NCBI GenBank assembly: GCA_951406725.2
Contig: OX597822.1
Location: 84,878,001 to 84,942,000 of the forward strand
Origin: Octopus vulgaris
Taxonomy: Eukaryota
DNA length: 64,000 bases
Direction of reading: 5' to 3'
Shown here: positions 25,264-39,149 of the stretch, one piece after another
How positions within the stretch are numbered: position 1 is the first letter of the stretch
Layout of the letters: each line of letters starts with the position of its first letter
Notes under the pieces: generated by a model
What the model was told of the DNA's origin: nothing
The model's input: the letters and a program-made list of their open reading frames with translations, nothing else
The model's database searches: none
Made by a program: the position numbers and the translations under genes

Positions 25264-25303
<40 letters not shown>

Positions 25304-25749
25304 TTTTAGGTTAGCTGAAATATGTGACAAACATATTTCAACTAATCTAAATTCTGCTCAGATCTCAACACGACATTGCGCCAATGCTCTGTTATACACA
25401 CTCGCGCGCGCAAACACACACACAAAGAATGAGAAAAAGGTGGGATGGACAGCCATCACTGGATAATCTTTGATCTTAGGACTGCTCTCTCGAAGCAGAC
25501 TTCTGATTAATGAACAACAAATATGATAAGTAATATTTAAAATATTTTTTTAGGCCCAAGAGGCTTTACAAGGTTGTTATTGTTGTTGCTGTTGCTACTC
25601 AAATCTGCTTTGCATGCTGCGAAGAGGGTGAGGTATACAGATTCTCTGTCTTCGGCTACCATAGAAAAAATCCTCAAGGGTTTGTAGGACGAAAGGTTGT
25701 GAAAGCTAAGCGGTCGGTTGACAATTTTATCTTTTATTTTCCTTTTTTA

Positions 25750-26121
25750 CCTTTTACTTGTTTCAGACATTTGACTGAGGTCTTAGTTGAACAAATCGAT
25801 TGCAGGGCTTATTTTTTTTAATACCGTGTACTTATTCTATCGGTGTTTTTAACCGAACCGCTAAGTTACATGGACGTAAAAACACCAACACCGGCTGTCA
25901 AGCCGTGGTGGTGGGCAATCGCGGACACAATGACACACACACGTAGATACATATATAGATATATACGACAGGCTTCTTCTAGTTTCTGTCTATCAAATTC
26001 ACTCACAAGGCTTTATTCGACCCGAGGCTATAAGACACTTGCTCAAGATACCGCACAATGGGACTGAAATCAGAGCCATGTCGTTGGGAAACAACCATCT
26101 TACCACACAGCCACGCCTGCG
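25750..26121 (-). mobile_element. SINE family B, full length (two modules around a short repeat)
   Basis: Head GCGCAGGCGTGGCTGTGTGGTAAG at the right end; 3' module CTTGACAGCCGGTGTTGGTGTTTTTACGTCC...CTGAAACAAGTAAAAG. Confidence 0.85.
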
Positions 26122-28503
26122 CAATGAAATTGAAAACTGATGTTTTAGGGACCAGTGGAGCATCATCCAACCAGTCCATTGTAAACATCTTGGCAACAAG
26201 AACAACCACAAAAACACAATGAAGCTAGGGCTCCTCGTGTAAAATTTTCCATCATAAAAAGATTCCCTAATCCTGATAGAGATTTCTTTATAAGTTCGTT
26301 TTGTAGTTTCTTGTTTGCAGTTGTGTTCACATCCAGCGTACGTTCTAGCAAGGGGTACCACCTGAAAGAAAGTGGAATTGCATAAAAATCCCCGGAACGC
26401 TTCTGTGCTGAGAGAAACAAGGAATCTTTAATTTTAGAATTTCATAGTCAAGTGCGTGATTACACCAAACCGCATTAATTAAAATATTATAGTGTATTAA
26501 TTAACCAGTTAATTATGATTACTTTAAACCCCGAAGGCGTCACAAAGTATAACGTTGAAGTTTTAATGATTTTTTTTTTGTTTTTTGATTACTATTTCTA
26601 GCAATTTTTTTGGCAACTACGTAAAAGCCTCCTCTTATTTCATCAGATCGAGCAGACCTGTGATCGAAGGCTTTCCATCCGTGATTATCCCGCTTTATTT
26701 TTCTTTCATTATCCTTGAAGTTAGTGCTTCATTTTTTGTGAAGTTGTTATTTAAACAAGTTTCTTGCACAATACATCTCATACCAAAAAACAAAAACGAA
26801 GAAACAAGAATAATACACACACACACAGACATACACACACTCATGCATACGTACACATACATCAACACACACATAGACACACTACATGTTGTTGCTTTGC
26901 ACCAAGTCCACCTTATGATCAAAGACATTTCGTGTTTTTGTATATCTTGAGTTATATTGCCCAAAGTGATCTTCATTGTGTAACACATCACACGTGTATG
27001 GTTTGAGGGTGAATTGTCTGTTATTTCTATTGGTTGTGAGCCACCTCCTTGAGATAAATTCACTCATTATAAGCTGGAAGTTTCGTCTGATGGGTCATGT
27101 TTAGCATGCATCCACGCATTATTGAAGGGTGGTCATTTTGGAAAGTCTTTGAGTGGGGTGGAGAAAAGAAGGTTTAAAAAATTTGAGATGTTTGCATTTT
27201 TTTCTGTTCCAGAATCGTAATCTCCGAATTCAAGTGCGTATTTCATTAAAAAATTTCGAAAAACGGTTAAATACTTTACTACAATAAGGCAACATCCAGT
27301 TAAAAAAAGGCAAATCCAGCTAAGATAAGGCAAATCCATCTGAGGTCAGCTTTATCTTCTATGTTCCATCGGAATTAATAGATACATGTGTATGTGTCTA
27401 TATACACACAAACATGTGTACGTGAGTGTATGTGCGTTTGTGTGTGTGTGTGTGTGTGCGTGTGTGTGTGAGTATGCGTGTACATACATACAAATGTGGA
27501 AATCGTTTTTGTATTTGCTTTGTTTTCCAAGACTGTTGTAAAATCATATTTTGAAAGTGATGTACTTTGGGACTGTCATTTTGCCAATAAAACACACACA
27601 CCAGTTCTATTTCACTTAATTTTATTACCATTATTTCCAATGAACAGGTTAAGTAACTTACTTAATAATGGATTGTTAACTAGTTTATTAATCAATCGCT
27701 TGATGAACAGGTTAACCACTCAGTCAGGTGGTTTGTCACAGCAGTTTAGTTATAGTTTGTGAACTTATCCATCATCATGTGCTTTTATCTGCTCTTCTAG
27801 GATATTTACAAACTAATTCCTTCTCTCTTTCTCTTACTCTCTCTCTCTCTCTCTCTCTCTCCCCATCTCTGTCAAAATGAATGTGTGTGTGTGTGCACAT
27901 ACAAATACAAATATATACACACTCATACACACACATATACAGGTACACATATATCTAGAGACATCTATGAATATATGTGTGCACACATACGCATGCATAT
28001 GTGCGTGTTCCTACCCATGTGTGTGCACAAATACACACACATTTATAGAAATATTTATATATATATATGTACATGGGTGTCTGTGTGTGCGTGTATGTGC
28101 ATGTGCGCGCGCGCGTGTGTGTAAAGGATTTGATGGAGGTTTAACTAAGCCTTACGATCTAATGGCAGAACGTAAAAGTGACGCAATCTAAACCTCCAAA
28201 CTGTTTTCTTGCTGATTTGTAACATATATATATTTTTCTTAATCCTTTGATGAAAAAGATTTAATTCGTGTCATCTGGCGAGGAATTAGCATTAATCCTT
28301 CCTTCAGACGGTTGGAGAGTTGCTAAACAAAGACTAATTGACATACGGTTTAAATTAGGTTTACAAACCAAAAAAAATTGGAAGGTTTGTTGCCCGCTAA
28401 ATAACAGCAATGGCCGACCCGTGAAATTTGTTTTCATTACGACACGTCACACTGCATTATATATAGTGTGGACACTGCAAAGCAGACTCACTTGACACTT
28501 ATA

Positions 28504-28794
28504 CAGTCGAACCTCGGTTTGTGAATTTCATTCATTAGTGAATGCCGTTCCTCTCCCGATTTGTTCGTGAACCGAAACTATTTTCCCCATAGGAAATTCA
28601 AGACAAGGCTCGGCGAATTTCAGTAAGGATGTGCATTGAGTGAAAGACAGGCGACAATTGATGCTCCCAGCTTATCACCAACAGTTGTTGTCAGTTTGCG
28701 TGTTCAAGAACCGTTCGTCACCCGAGACGTTTTATGTTCAAAACATTGTAAATCGATTTGTTCATGATGAAAGGCATTCGTAAACCGACGTTTC

Positions 28795-28798
<4 letters not shown>
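28504..28798. mobile_element. pogo/Tigger-like MITE
   Basis: TA-CAGTCGAACCTCGGTTT ... AAACCGACGTTTCACTG inverted ends. Confidence 0.7.
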
Positions 28799-28892
<94 letters not shown>

Positions 28893-29081
28893 ATAGTAGT
28901 AGTTGTTGTTGTTGTTGCGCGTAGAGTGACTGAGAGTACACAAACATAAAACCTGTTCAAATATGTTTGGGAGATGCTTGAACCAGTAAAAAGCTTTTCA
29001 ATGCAGTTTATAAGAGAAAAATATTTTGCTTGACACATAAAGGCATTAAAACACCGATATGCACTGCGATGTCGCTTGCTA

Positions 29082-29124
<43 letters not shown>

Positions 29125-29438
29125 CATACAAATAAATATGTACACATACACACTATTATTATCATTATTGTTTTTACGTATTTTTGTATTCTTATTCGTA
29201 TAACATCGTCCGTTTTTCCGTCCTTGTTTTGTATACATTCGAGGCTTTCTTCCAAGGAATCTAATGCGCTTGGCTTAGATTTTCCTTTGGGGCTGGCCAG
29301 ATCGGAGCAATCTCAAGATTAATCAGCCGAATTTGCGAGGATGATCCGGTTCTTGACTGAAGATTGAAAGCTTCGAATGTCCCGTCCGTGTTTTTTGTAT
29401 CGCCTTCTAAATGTTTTGCGTTCTTGTCCCAGTTTGTA

Positions 29439-29569
<131 letters not shown>

Positions 29570-29659
29570 AATATCGAACCCACATGCACAAGGTATGTGT
29601 TTTGCTAGTTCGTGGGTAGGCAACGCTTACAGGCGAAAAAGTATATAGTCTCATCAATT

Positions 29660-30665
29660 CGCCTGGTGTTACAACAACTGAATAAGCGAGAGAACTGGCA
29701 TCCGGTCCCGTTCAAACATACATGCGAATATTGTCAGCCACAAAGGGACGTGCTCAACTAGCTAATGTTTCTCTTCTTTATCCAAAATCATTATGTCAGG
29801 TCTGTTCGGCTTACATCTTATTTAGGTCTTCACTGGAACATTCCACCAGTATTCCTTTTTATTATGAGTGGCTATGCTTTCTACCATACTGTGGGTTCTT
29901 ATTTCTTTGTCCTTGGGATTATCCTTCCGACGGATTTCATTACAGAGTATCCTAGCTACAACACCATGTCTTATCGGTAGATAATACTGTGATGACATTT
30001 TCGGACAACTGCTTATGATGTGGGTGATGTCTTCAATGGAACTCCATAAAGTCTGCATCGGATGTCACATTTCACGACTTTTCCTGCATCTCTATCCTTT
30101 TTGTGCATCAGGTACTTGGTTGATATTTCCTGTTCCTGGATTGCAAACGCATACCCTTTAAAGTGAGAGGTAGTACTCAGGCTACTGCTTTGGTGATCGA
30201 TGTTACTATCATTTCGGAGCTTTCTACTAACATGACCATATCTTCTGCTCATATAGGCTCATTCTTTCATCTGATGATACGTTGCAGTAGAGCCGTGCGA
30301 CTTTTTCGGCATGTATTCTAGGTTATCAGACAAAGAGTGTTGCTCAAGGAGCAGCCTTCCAAGTCTTATGATGTTATCAGCCTCATGTATGGAAACTTGG
30401 TCAATAGATGCACTTCGACACTTGGTGACTAAAAGGTGTTGCCGGAGGGATATGATCCGACATTCAAAGGCATTTTGGATCGATGTTAAGCCTCTGTCGC
30501 CTTGTTTTCGTTTTAGGTGGAGGCAATCCACGTCACTGTTTATGTGGAAATTATGTGTGCTTGTTAGTATTTTTCGGGTCTTTACATCAATGGCTCGGAT
30601 CTCATCAAGCAGCCCAAATGTTGGTATGAGTACTGGCACTACAAACACATTGTGGGCCACTGTTT
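29660..30665 (-). pseudogene. R4/Dong-clade LINE ORF fragment
   Basis: IDVKTRKILT..HINSDVDCLHLKRKQGDRGL; GYAFAIQEQEISTKY; CR..IEDITHIISSC; YLPIRHGVVA; YWWNVPVKT. Confidence 0.85.
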
Positions 30666-31073
30666 TAACAAATGCAGAAAGAATGTATGTATGTATGTAT
30701 GTATGTATGTATGTATGTATGTATGTATGTATGTATGTATGTATGCATGTATGCGTGTGTGTGTGTGTGTGTGTGCGTGTGTGTGTGAGTGTGAGTGTGC
30801 GTGTGTGCGTGTGTGTATAAGAGAATGTATTGAAGTATGAGTGTGAGTAGCAATTCAGTCAAGTGATCCTGTTGACCTTAAACAATGATGGAGACCAGAT
30901 TTTACAACTGACCGGCCAGATGCTCAAACGCTGTGGAAATATAAAGAGATGAATGAATGAGATAAAAAAGAAAAAACAGAAAAAGCAACAAACAAGTAAA
31001 AAATTTGCCAACGCGATAAGAACGGAGTTTCGCATGAAACACCTCCCCCTATACTTACTGACACCTGGTCCCT

Positions 31074-31128
<55 letters not shown>

Positions 31129-31429
31129 GTCTGTCTGTCTCTCTCTGTGCTTCTATTCTAAGGTCTTCTCCACCTCTGCGTCTCTTTTCTTTTGCTTATC
31201 ATCGATTAATCGATTCTTCTCTCTCCCTCTTTCCCTCTCTCTCCACTAACATCTCTTTCAGCCCCCCTAACTTTCTCTCTCTCTCTCTCTCTCTCTCCTT
31301 CTCTGCCCCTCTCTTTCTCTCTTCTCTCTCCGTAGATTTACACACATACATCCCCACCTCGCTCTTTCACGCCTACTATTTGTCTGTCTGTCTATAAATC
31401 ACTCCACCTATCTATCTATCCATTCATCC

Positions 31430-31518
<89 letters not shown>

Positions 31519-31977
31519 CCTACCTACCTACCTACCTACCTACCTACCTATCTATCTATCTATCTTTCTACTCACCTTCCTATCTATCTACCTATCTACC
31601 TATCTGCCTGCCTGTCTGTCTGCCTGTCTGTTTGTCTATTCATCTCCCTCTTCACCTCCCTCCCCCTATCTCTCTGTCTCATTAACTAAACAATATCCCA
31701 GCTGTGTTGACATCCTACAGATGCTTAACTGCTCTTTTATTGTCTGTCAGTGAGTCGCTCTACCAGTTTATCTCCCCCCTCTCTATCTCTCTCTTTCTCT
31801 CCTCTATCTCTCTCCTTCACTCTTCTCGTCTTCCTCTCTCTTCGTATTTCTCTCTCTTTCTGTCTCCCTCACTACCTCCCTTTTCTTTTAAATTCTCCCC
31901 AAATCTTGACAAGTCGCCAAAAGCGAATCTGTCATCGATGCTGTATCAAATGTCTTAAACCAGTATAAAATAATGAC

Positions 31978-32025
<48 letters not shown>

Positions 32026-32280
32026 GGCAGAAGTGTTGTTTTCGATGAATATTGTTTGTCCCAAGTCTATTTTTACAGGAATAGTGTACTCTGAGTTGCA
32101 TTATCCTGTGTTCTTTTTAAAGATTTTGCGATGGGTTTTGAGCGAGGATTTGGCTGTTGCTTCTAGCATCATCAACTTGTCTTTTGGAGACCCTGACCTT
32201 CACCAGTTAGTGGGGAAAGTGATATGGTCTTGTGTCCAGATGTTGTCTCCGGAGATTCAGTGCAGTTGTGTAGTTTAGGC

Positions 32281-32644
32281 CAGTGGCTCTCAATCCCTTT
32301 TTTTTTTTATACATTTGACCCCTTTGATTTCTATTTTGCTCACCTAATAGTCATTCAATGTGAACCCTAATAGCCATTCAATGTTTAAGAAAATTCTATT
32401 ATATTTTTAGGATTAAATATATTATTGGGAATTGTATGGAAAGATTGTTGAAATATTTTATGTATAGGCGCAGGAGTGGCTGTGTGGTAAGTAGCTTGGT
32501 AGTCAGCCACATGGTTCTGGGCTCAGTCCCACTGCGTGTCACCTTGGGCAAGTGTCTTCTACTATAGCCTCGGGCCGACCAAAGCTTTGTGAGTGGATTT
32601 GGTAGATGGTAACTGAAAGAAGCCAGTCGTATACACACACACAT

Positions 32645-32706
<62 letters not shown>

Positions 32707-32970
32707 GTATGTTTGTATCCCCCCATCCTCACTTGACAAGCGATGTTGGTGTGTCTACGTCTCCGTAACATAGCGGTCCGGCAAAAATACCGATAGAATA
32801 AATACTAGGCTTGCAAAGAACAAGTCTTGGGTCGATTTGTTTAACTAAAGGCGGTGCTCCAGCATGGCCGCACTCAAATGACTGAAACACATAAAAGAAT
32901 CCTAACCATAACAATCAAATCTTATACGGACTCCGCCAAGGGTCATATGACCCACGGTGGAGAGCCACTG
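32281..32970. mobile_element. hAT MITE with perfect 8-bp TSD, carrying a nested SINE
   Basis: TIRs CAGTGGCTCTC / GAGAGCCACTG; TSD GTTTAGGC at 32273-32280 and 32971-32978. Confidence 0.9.
32466..32900 (+). mobile_element. SINE family B, full length, internal (CA)n
   Basis: AGGCGCAGGAGTGGCTGTGTGGTAAG head; 3' end GCATGGCCGCACTCAAATGACTGAAAC. Confidence 0.9.
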
Positions 32971-33229
32971 GTTTAGGCTCAAAGGCGTGGCCATCTTGTC
33001 TTTCTGGAGATATGAAAAACTACAACACCGACATTCTACCTCTGCTCTTTTTAAATCGATTGAGAAGTATTTCCCAACGCTACAGTTGTGAGAGAAACCA
33101 CGAAGAATTCTGGAATCCCACGGGAAATGGTTATAAATGTGGCTGTGCGTCTTTCAGTGAGTTTTGCATTTAATTCCATTTCACTTATATACTTTAATAT
33201 AAAATACGATGTATTAATATCTATTTTAT

Positions 33230-33441
33230 TTTTTACTTGTTTCCGTCATTAGACTGCGGCGACGCTGGAGGACCGCCTCGAAGAATTTTTACTGCAACAA
33301 ATCAACCCCAGTACTTTTTAAGACTTGGTATTTGTTCTGTTGGTCTCATTTGCCGAACCGCTCTGCTAAGTTACGGGGACGTAAACAAACCAACACTGGT
33401 TATAAAGTGGTGGTGGAGAACAAACACAAACACACACACAC

Positions 33442-33477
<36 letters not shown>

Positions 33478-33483
33478 CATAGT

Positions 33484-33526
<43 letters not shown>

Positions 33527-33669
33527 GGAGATAGATAGGATAGATAGATAGATAGGTAGATAGATAGATAGGTAGATAGATATAGATAGATAGGTAGGTA
33601 GATAGATAGATAGATAGATATAGATAGATGTAGATAGATAGATAGGTAGATAGGTAGATATAGACAGAC

Positions 33670-33726
<57 letters not shown>

Positions 33727-33893
33727 TAGACAGGCTTCTTTCAGACTCCATCTACGAAATCCACTCATAAGGCTTTAGTCGTCCCGAAACCATAGTAGAA
33801 GACACCTGGCTAAGGCGTCACTTAGTTTGAACTGAACCCAGAACCATGTGGTTGGGAAGTAAGCTTCTTACCACACAGCCACGCCTGTGCCTG
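33230..33893 (-). mobile_element. SINE family B with about 300 bp of internal (TA)n/(GATA)n
   Basis: Both modules present in reverse orientation around the microsatellite. Confidence 0.8.
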
Positions 33894-34700
33894 CAAATAT
33901 ATTCTCCGAGGTAGCTAAATCCTGACATCTGTTGGTAGCAGAGACTTCCTACAGGGAAACATGATTTCTTAATGGAGGAATTGTAATGGAATTAAGTCTA
34001 AAGAAGTTATTGGTTCAGACGAAATCTCTTAAACGGATTTATCACTGCCAAGACTCTCCAAGACAGTTTTATGGTTTATCGAATGTCTTAAGAAATTTAA
34101 CTTTGTGTAAGTGGGGGAAAAAAATTAATAAAGATATATAATTTAATGTAAAGGTTTCTTGGAATATGAAATTTGAAAGAAGTGGTGGATATGGATAGCC
34201 AAGTGGTTAGGATGTTGCACTCACAATTGCTAGATCGTCGGTTCGATTCACGAACCGAGCGGCACATAGTGTTCTTGAGTAAAACACTTCATTTCCCGTT
34301 GCTCCAGTCTGCTCAGCTGTAAATGGGTCGCCCTGCACCGGAATAACCTTCCGATCGGAGAAACGCTGTAGCAAAGGGAAATATGGTTGCTTTTTCTAGC
34401 GGATCGAGCGACCACATAGAGACCGGCCCATTCGTTCGCTCTTTCGTTGAAGTTGAGGACTGTGTTTCCTTTGTCCTTTATTTGCTTCAGTCATCGGACT
34501 ACGGCCATGTTGGAGCACAGCCTTAAAGGGTTTTAGTCGAACAGATCGCCCCCTCCCCGTATTCATGACGTTTAAAGTCTGGTACTTGTTCTATTGGTCT
34601 GTTTTGCTGAACTGCTAAGTTGCGGGAACTTATAAAAACCGAAAAGGCACACAGACACATACGCACACACACGCATACACAACACACACACACAACACAC

Positions 34701-34737
<37 letters not shown>

Positions 34738-36649
34738 CACACACAACACACAACACAACACTCACACAATACTCAACATACAACGCACACACACACAGAG
34801 CAGACAATCCACACAACACAACACACACACAGCACACACAACAGACAACACACACACACACACACACACACACAACTCAGAACGTAGAGACGGGCGAAAT
34901 ACCGCTAAACATTTCGTCCAGCGTGCTAACAACCTGCCAGTCGGCCGCCTTGCCTTATACAACAATAATAACAACAAGATTGACAACAACGACAGTTGTT
35001 ATTTAGAAAGTCATTGACTCGAAGACATGGATTAAACAATCTTCATTCTATCAACTCCAAATCCACACGGCTAATCTGCCTGACATATTTTAATCTCAAC
35101 GGCAACGACTTTATAATTATCAAATGAAACTACTTTCATGAGTCGGTGAGAAACCGTGTATGTGTAATGTGGTCGAAATCCACCTCCGATTACACCACGC
35201 AATGAGTGTCAAAGGAAAAAGACAGGATAGTCACAAGTGGAACCAACAGTCAAAGGCATTCCAGTTATGCCCATCCCACTCTATTTTCAGAAACTCTTAG
35301 AATCTAAGAATCTAACGCTACATTGCTCCAATGGTGGAGTGTGATTTGAGGGAGATTTGGTTGCTATTTTCAGCATATCGTGTGACTGTATTAACAACGT
35401 TTCTGAAGTTAAATGATTTCTATCGATCAATAAAAACCATAATGTCGGATGTGACTAATGGTTACTTTCATTAAATGGTTCTTTTATTTGCCTCAAGGGC
35501 ACAAAGAGAAACAAGGTTACAAAACAGGAAAAACAAAACACCAGAAAGTGTTGTTGCTATTGTTGTTTAGCCACAGGTCAACCCTGATCAGCCCTACTCC
35601 AACAGACTCATGATGAATGGCATTGCGACCGTGAACATCCCGTCCTTTAAGACAAAATCTCAGATTGCATTATCCAGTGAAGGCTTCGTTTTTGTAAAAG
35701 AGCGCCGTGTGATATGAAACAGGTTTGGCTGTTGGTTTTTACAGATCAAGCGATCATGTAAAGGCTTTTCCACTGGTTCATTATACCGTCTTTGATGGCG
35801 TAAAAGACGTCTGGTCATATTAGACATGCTCAAATTTGAGGAAGAAAGTTCTAAAATGTTTTAGTGCATTAAAGCTTATGGTGGGGAGGGGGGCGACTTC
35901 GCACATAGGACCTGACACGATCTTTTTAGAGATTTGTTAGTCTTCCATTTTATTTTGTTCTTTTTTGAAAAATGCGAGTCTTATATACGATATCAAATAC
36001 GGTAAATTTTGTAATTTCTGTTCTATCAGGTTAGAAAACAACTCAGAAGATATCCTTACAAGCAATGTGTCTTGTCGTGGAAGTTTCAGCGGTTTCGACT
36101 TCTTGTTTTTTTTTTGTTGTTTTTTTACAAGGCACCATATTGTCGGTTAAATACGGACAAGCTAACCACTCTAACTACAGCTGCCTGGGATACTCAGACC
36201 GTAAAGAACTGGAATAAATGCAGGAAAATTCTGACTAATGTTCTGACAATTCCGAACAAACGCGGGGGGGGGGAGGCATCTTGCGGCTACTCGACCTGCA
36301 AGAGATGGCAACCACATCTCTCTCAAATCACAGTTTGCTGAGTTGTAAAAGGAAGGACATATTGGATAAGTTTGGACGTAGTTGTTAAAAAGTAGAGGGC
36401 CGAAGATGAACGGCCTTTGATGAAAGATCTGTGGAAACAGTTTGACCTGGGGATAAACGCCAACGAAACACAAGTGTTATGCGTAGAAAAGGGATGAGAA
36501 TCACAAAAACAACAAAACCACAGTGAAAACTGGTGCCAATGACAACAACTATAATAAACATAGCATGTGACACCATGTTTGTTACACTTTGCTGATCTAC
36601 GAGGTTGAGTTACACATTTCCGCGAACACACATGCACACAGACTAATAT

Positions 36650-36730
<81 letters not shown>

Positions 36731-36874
36731 AATATATTTAAAAACGTAAAGAAACCTTGGCATTCATATACGCACTCAACAAAATATACTGCGTTACCGC
36801 TTGGCTTACTCCTTCTATATATATGTATGTGTAAGTATATCTATATGTATATGTGTGTGTGTGTGAATATATAA

Positions 36875-36923
<49 letters not shown>

Positions 36924-37548
36924 CATATATACATATATATAAGTATATATATATGTACGTGCGTATATATATGTGCGTATGTATATGTGTATATATATAT
37001 GTATATGTGCGTATGTATATGTGTATATATATATATATGTATATGTGCGTATGTATATGTATATATATATATATATGCATACATATACATACATGCCTAT
37101 ACATAATACATACATACATATATATACATATACATATATATATACATACACATGCACGTACGCACCCACATAGATCCAACCATATATTCTTCTCTCGTCT
37201 CCCATTCATTTCTCAATGCCACCCTCCACCCAACCCCTCATTTCATTCATTCTATCTCACACCTCTCGTAGTCCTTGCTAACATAAGGATGCTTTTATGT
37301 CACTATACATGGGGTGGGAAGGGCCCGAAAGCTTGTAGGGGGTGTCGGTGGGAGGACGATCGCCAAACTACAAACGTCATCAGCTCTTAAATCACTGTTT
37401 ATATGGAGGCTTCTGTGTGGATGCCTGCGCCGCATAAGTACATATCTGTACGTGTCTATGCGTGAAGGAATGTGCGTATATGTCTGTGTGTGTATGCCTC
37501 TCTCTCTCTTTCTTCTCTCTCATACATATATACATATGTGTGTGTGTG

Positions 37549-37634
<86 letters not shown>

Positions 37635-37803
37635 AGCGTCTGTGTGTAGGCTTGCATGATATATATATATATATATATATATATGAGTTGGAAAGAAAGT
37701 CCTGAAACCTTTTTGATCCGATCCCTTTGACGGTTACATTTTCGCTACTTACGGTAAAATAAGCATAAGTTTTTACATTCTGATGTTTTCCTTTTCTTTG
37801 CAG

Positions 37804-37853
37804 ATTACTTTATGCTATAATGGTTCAACTGAAATCGATTTTACCCTTTTTGA
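37804..37853 (+). other. Candidate 50-nt host exon (coding ITLCYNGSTEIDFTLF, or UTR)
   Basis: Strong acceptor TTCTGATGTTTTCCTTTTCTTTGCAG and donor GTGAGT in unique sequence; phase-0 frame open. Confidence 0.4.
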
Positions 37854-38042
37854 GTGAGTTTAGAGCTGATCCGTATCAGACACTCTGTGCTGCAGGAATT
37901 CATCAGAAGTACTTCAGTAATGGAAATGGCAAGATATATTTCTTCTCTCTGTAGAGACTTGGCAAGTCTCGTTCGAGAATTTTTTCTCTTCCAGATTCCC
38001 CGCGATTCGGACAACCAAGTTCTGTCAATATTGTGCTTCTGA

Positions 38043-38262
38043 GGGCGGCGAGCTGGTAGAATCGTTAGGACGCCGGGCGAAATGCTTAGTGGTATTTCAT
38101 CTGCCGTTACGTTCTGAGTTCAAATTCTGCCGAGGTCGACTTTGCCTTTCATCCTTTCGGAGTCGAATAAATAAGTACCAGTTATACACTGAGATCGATG
38201 TAATCGACTTAATATCTTTGTTTGTCCCCTCTATGTTTATTCCTCTGCGAGTAATAAAGAAA
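38043..38262 (+). mobile_element. SINE family A, full length
   Basis: GGCGGCGAGCTGGTAGAATCGTTAG...GTTCAAATTC...GTAATAAAGAAA. Confidence 0.9.
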
Positions 38263-38589
38263 TTAATATTGTGCTTCTGAAAACCGCAGTTGTAAAAAAA
38301 ACTCGAAGAAAACTGCACAAGAATTAGTAATTCGATTCAATTCAAGTTACACTTTGATCTTAAAACGCCTTTATGAACTGGGAAAAGTATCTAAAATTGA
38401 TCACTGCTTCTCAGTTTAATCGAAAAGTTGCCTTTTCTCGACATTGAAAGCGTCAACTTGTTACATAACCTTTACATAGTAGAATCATTCTAAGTGATGA
38501 AAAGTTGGCTCTCAATAATCAAAGAAGATAGAAAGAAAATCAACTTTTTTCTGCGGAATGTCGAATGTTGAATTTATTTTTCGCTAGCG

Positions 38590-38900
38590 ATTCCAGTGTT
38601 TTCATTCCATACTCAGCCTTTTGGATTCTGGCTCAAAGTAATGGACCCATGCTTCATCTCCTGTGACTATTCTCTCAAAAACACCTTCACCTTCATCGTT
38701 GTAGCGGTCGAGTATGCGTTGCCAGGTTTCCACATATTTTGCTTATGCGCTTCAGTACGCTCTCTTGGCACTCATCTCGCACAAACTGTACGGAAGCGAA
38801 GCTGGCCGTGGATGATTTGATATGCAGAATCATGATTAATTTCCGGAGATCATCGATGGTCACTCGTTGGTTCGCCAGAATCATCTTTCGAGGTTGCTGA
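38590..38900 (-). pseudogene. mariner transposase internal fragment
   Basis: Minus frames ILANQRVTIDDL, a decayed RWVP-like TGTGCGAGATGAGTGCCAAG and IVTGDEAWVHYFEPESK (first catalytic D). Confidence 0.75.
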
Positions 38901-39149
38901 ATTTACATGTCAGTGGTGGAGGTTGATAAGCGTCTGTTCCCACTTTGTCCTTCATGTTTGTATGTATGTAGGTATGCATGCATGCATGTATGTATGTATG
39001 TATGTATGTATGTATGTATGTATGTATGTATGTATGTATGTATGTATGTATGTATGTATGTATGTATGTATATATGTATGTATGTATGTATTTATGTATG
39101 TATGTAAGTATGTATGTATGTATGTATGCATGTATGTATGCATGTTATG

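Larger units (their letters stand above)
23944..25270 (-). mobile_element. Crypton-like (tyrosine-recombinase) DNA transposon, non-autonomous, inserted in (TA)n
   Basis: Inverted boxes TATTTATTACACAC (24088-24101) and GTGTGTAATAAATA (25257-25270), long terminal hairpin 23949-24080, Crypton-type ORF, (TA)n on both sides. Confidence 0.8.
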
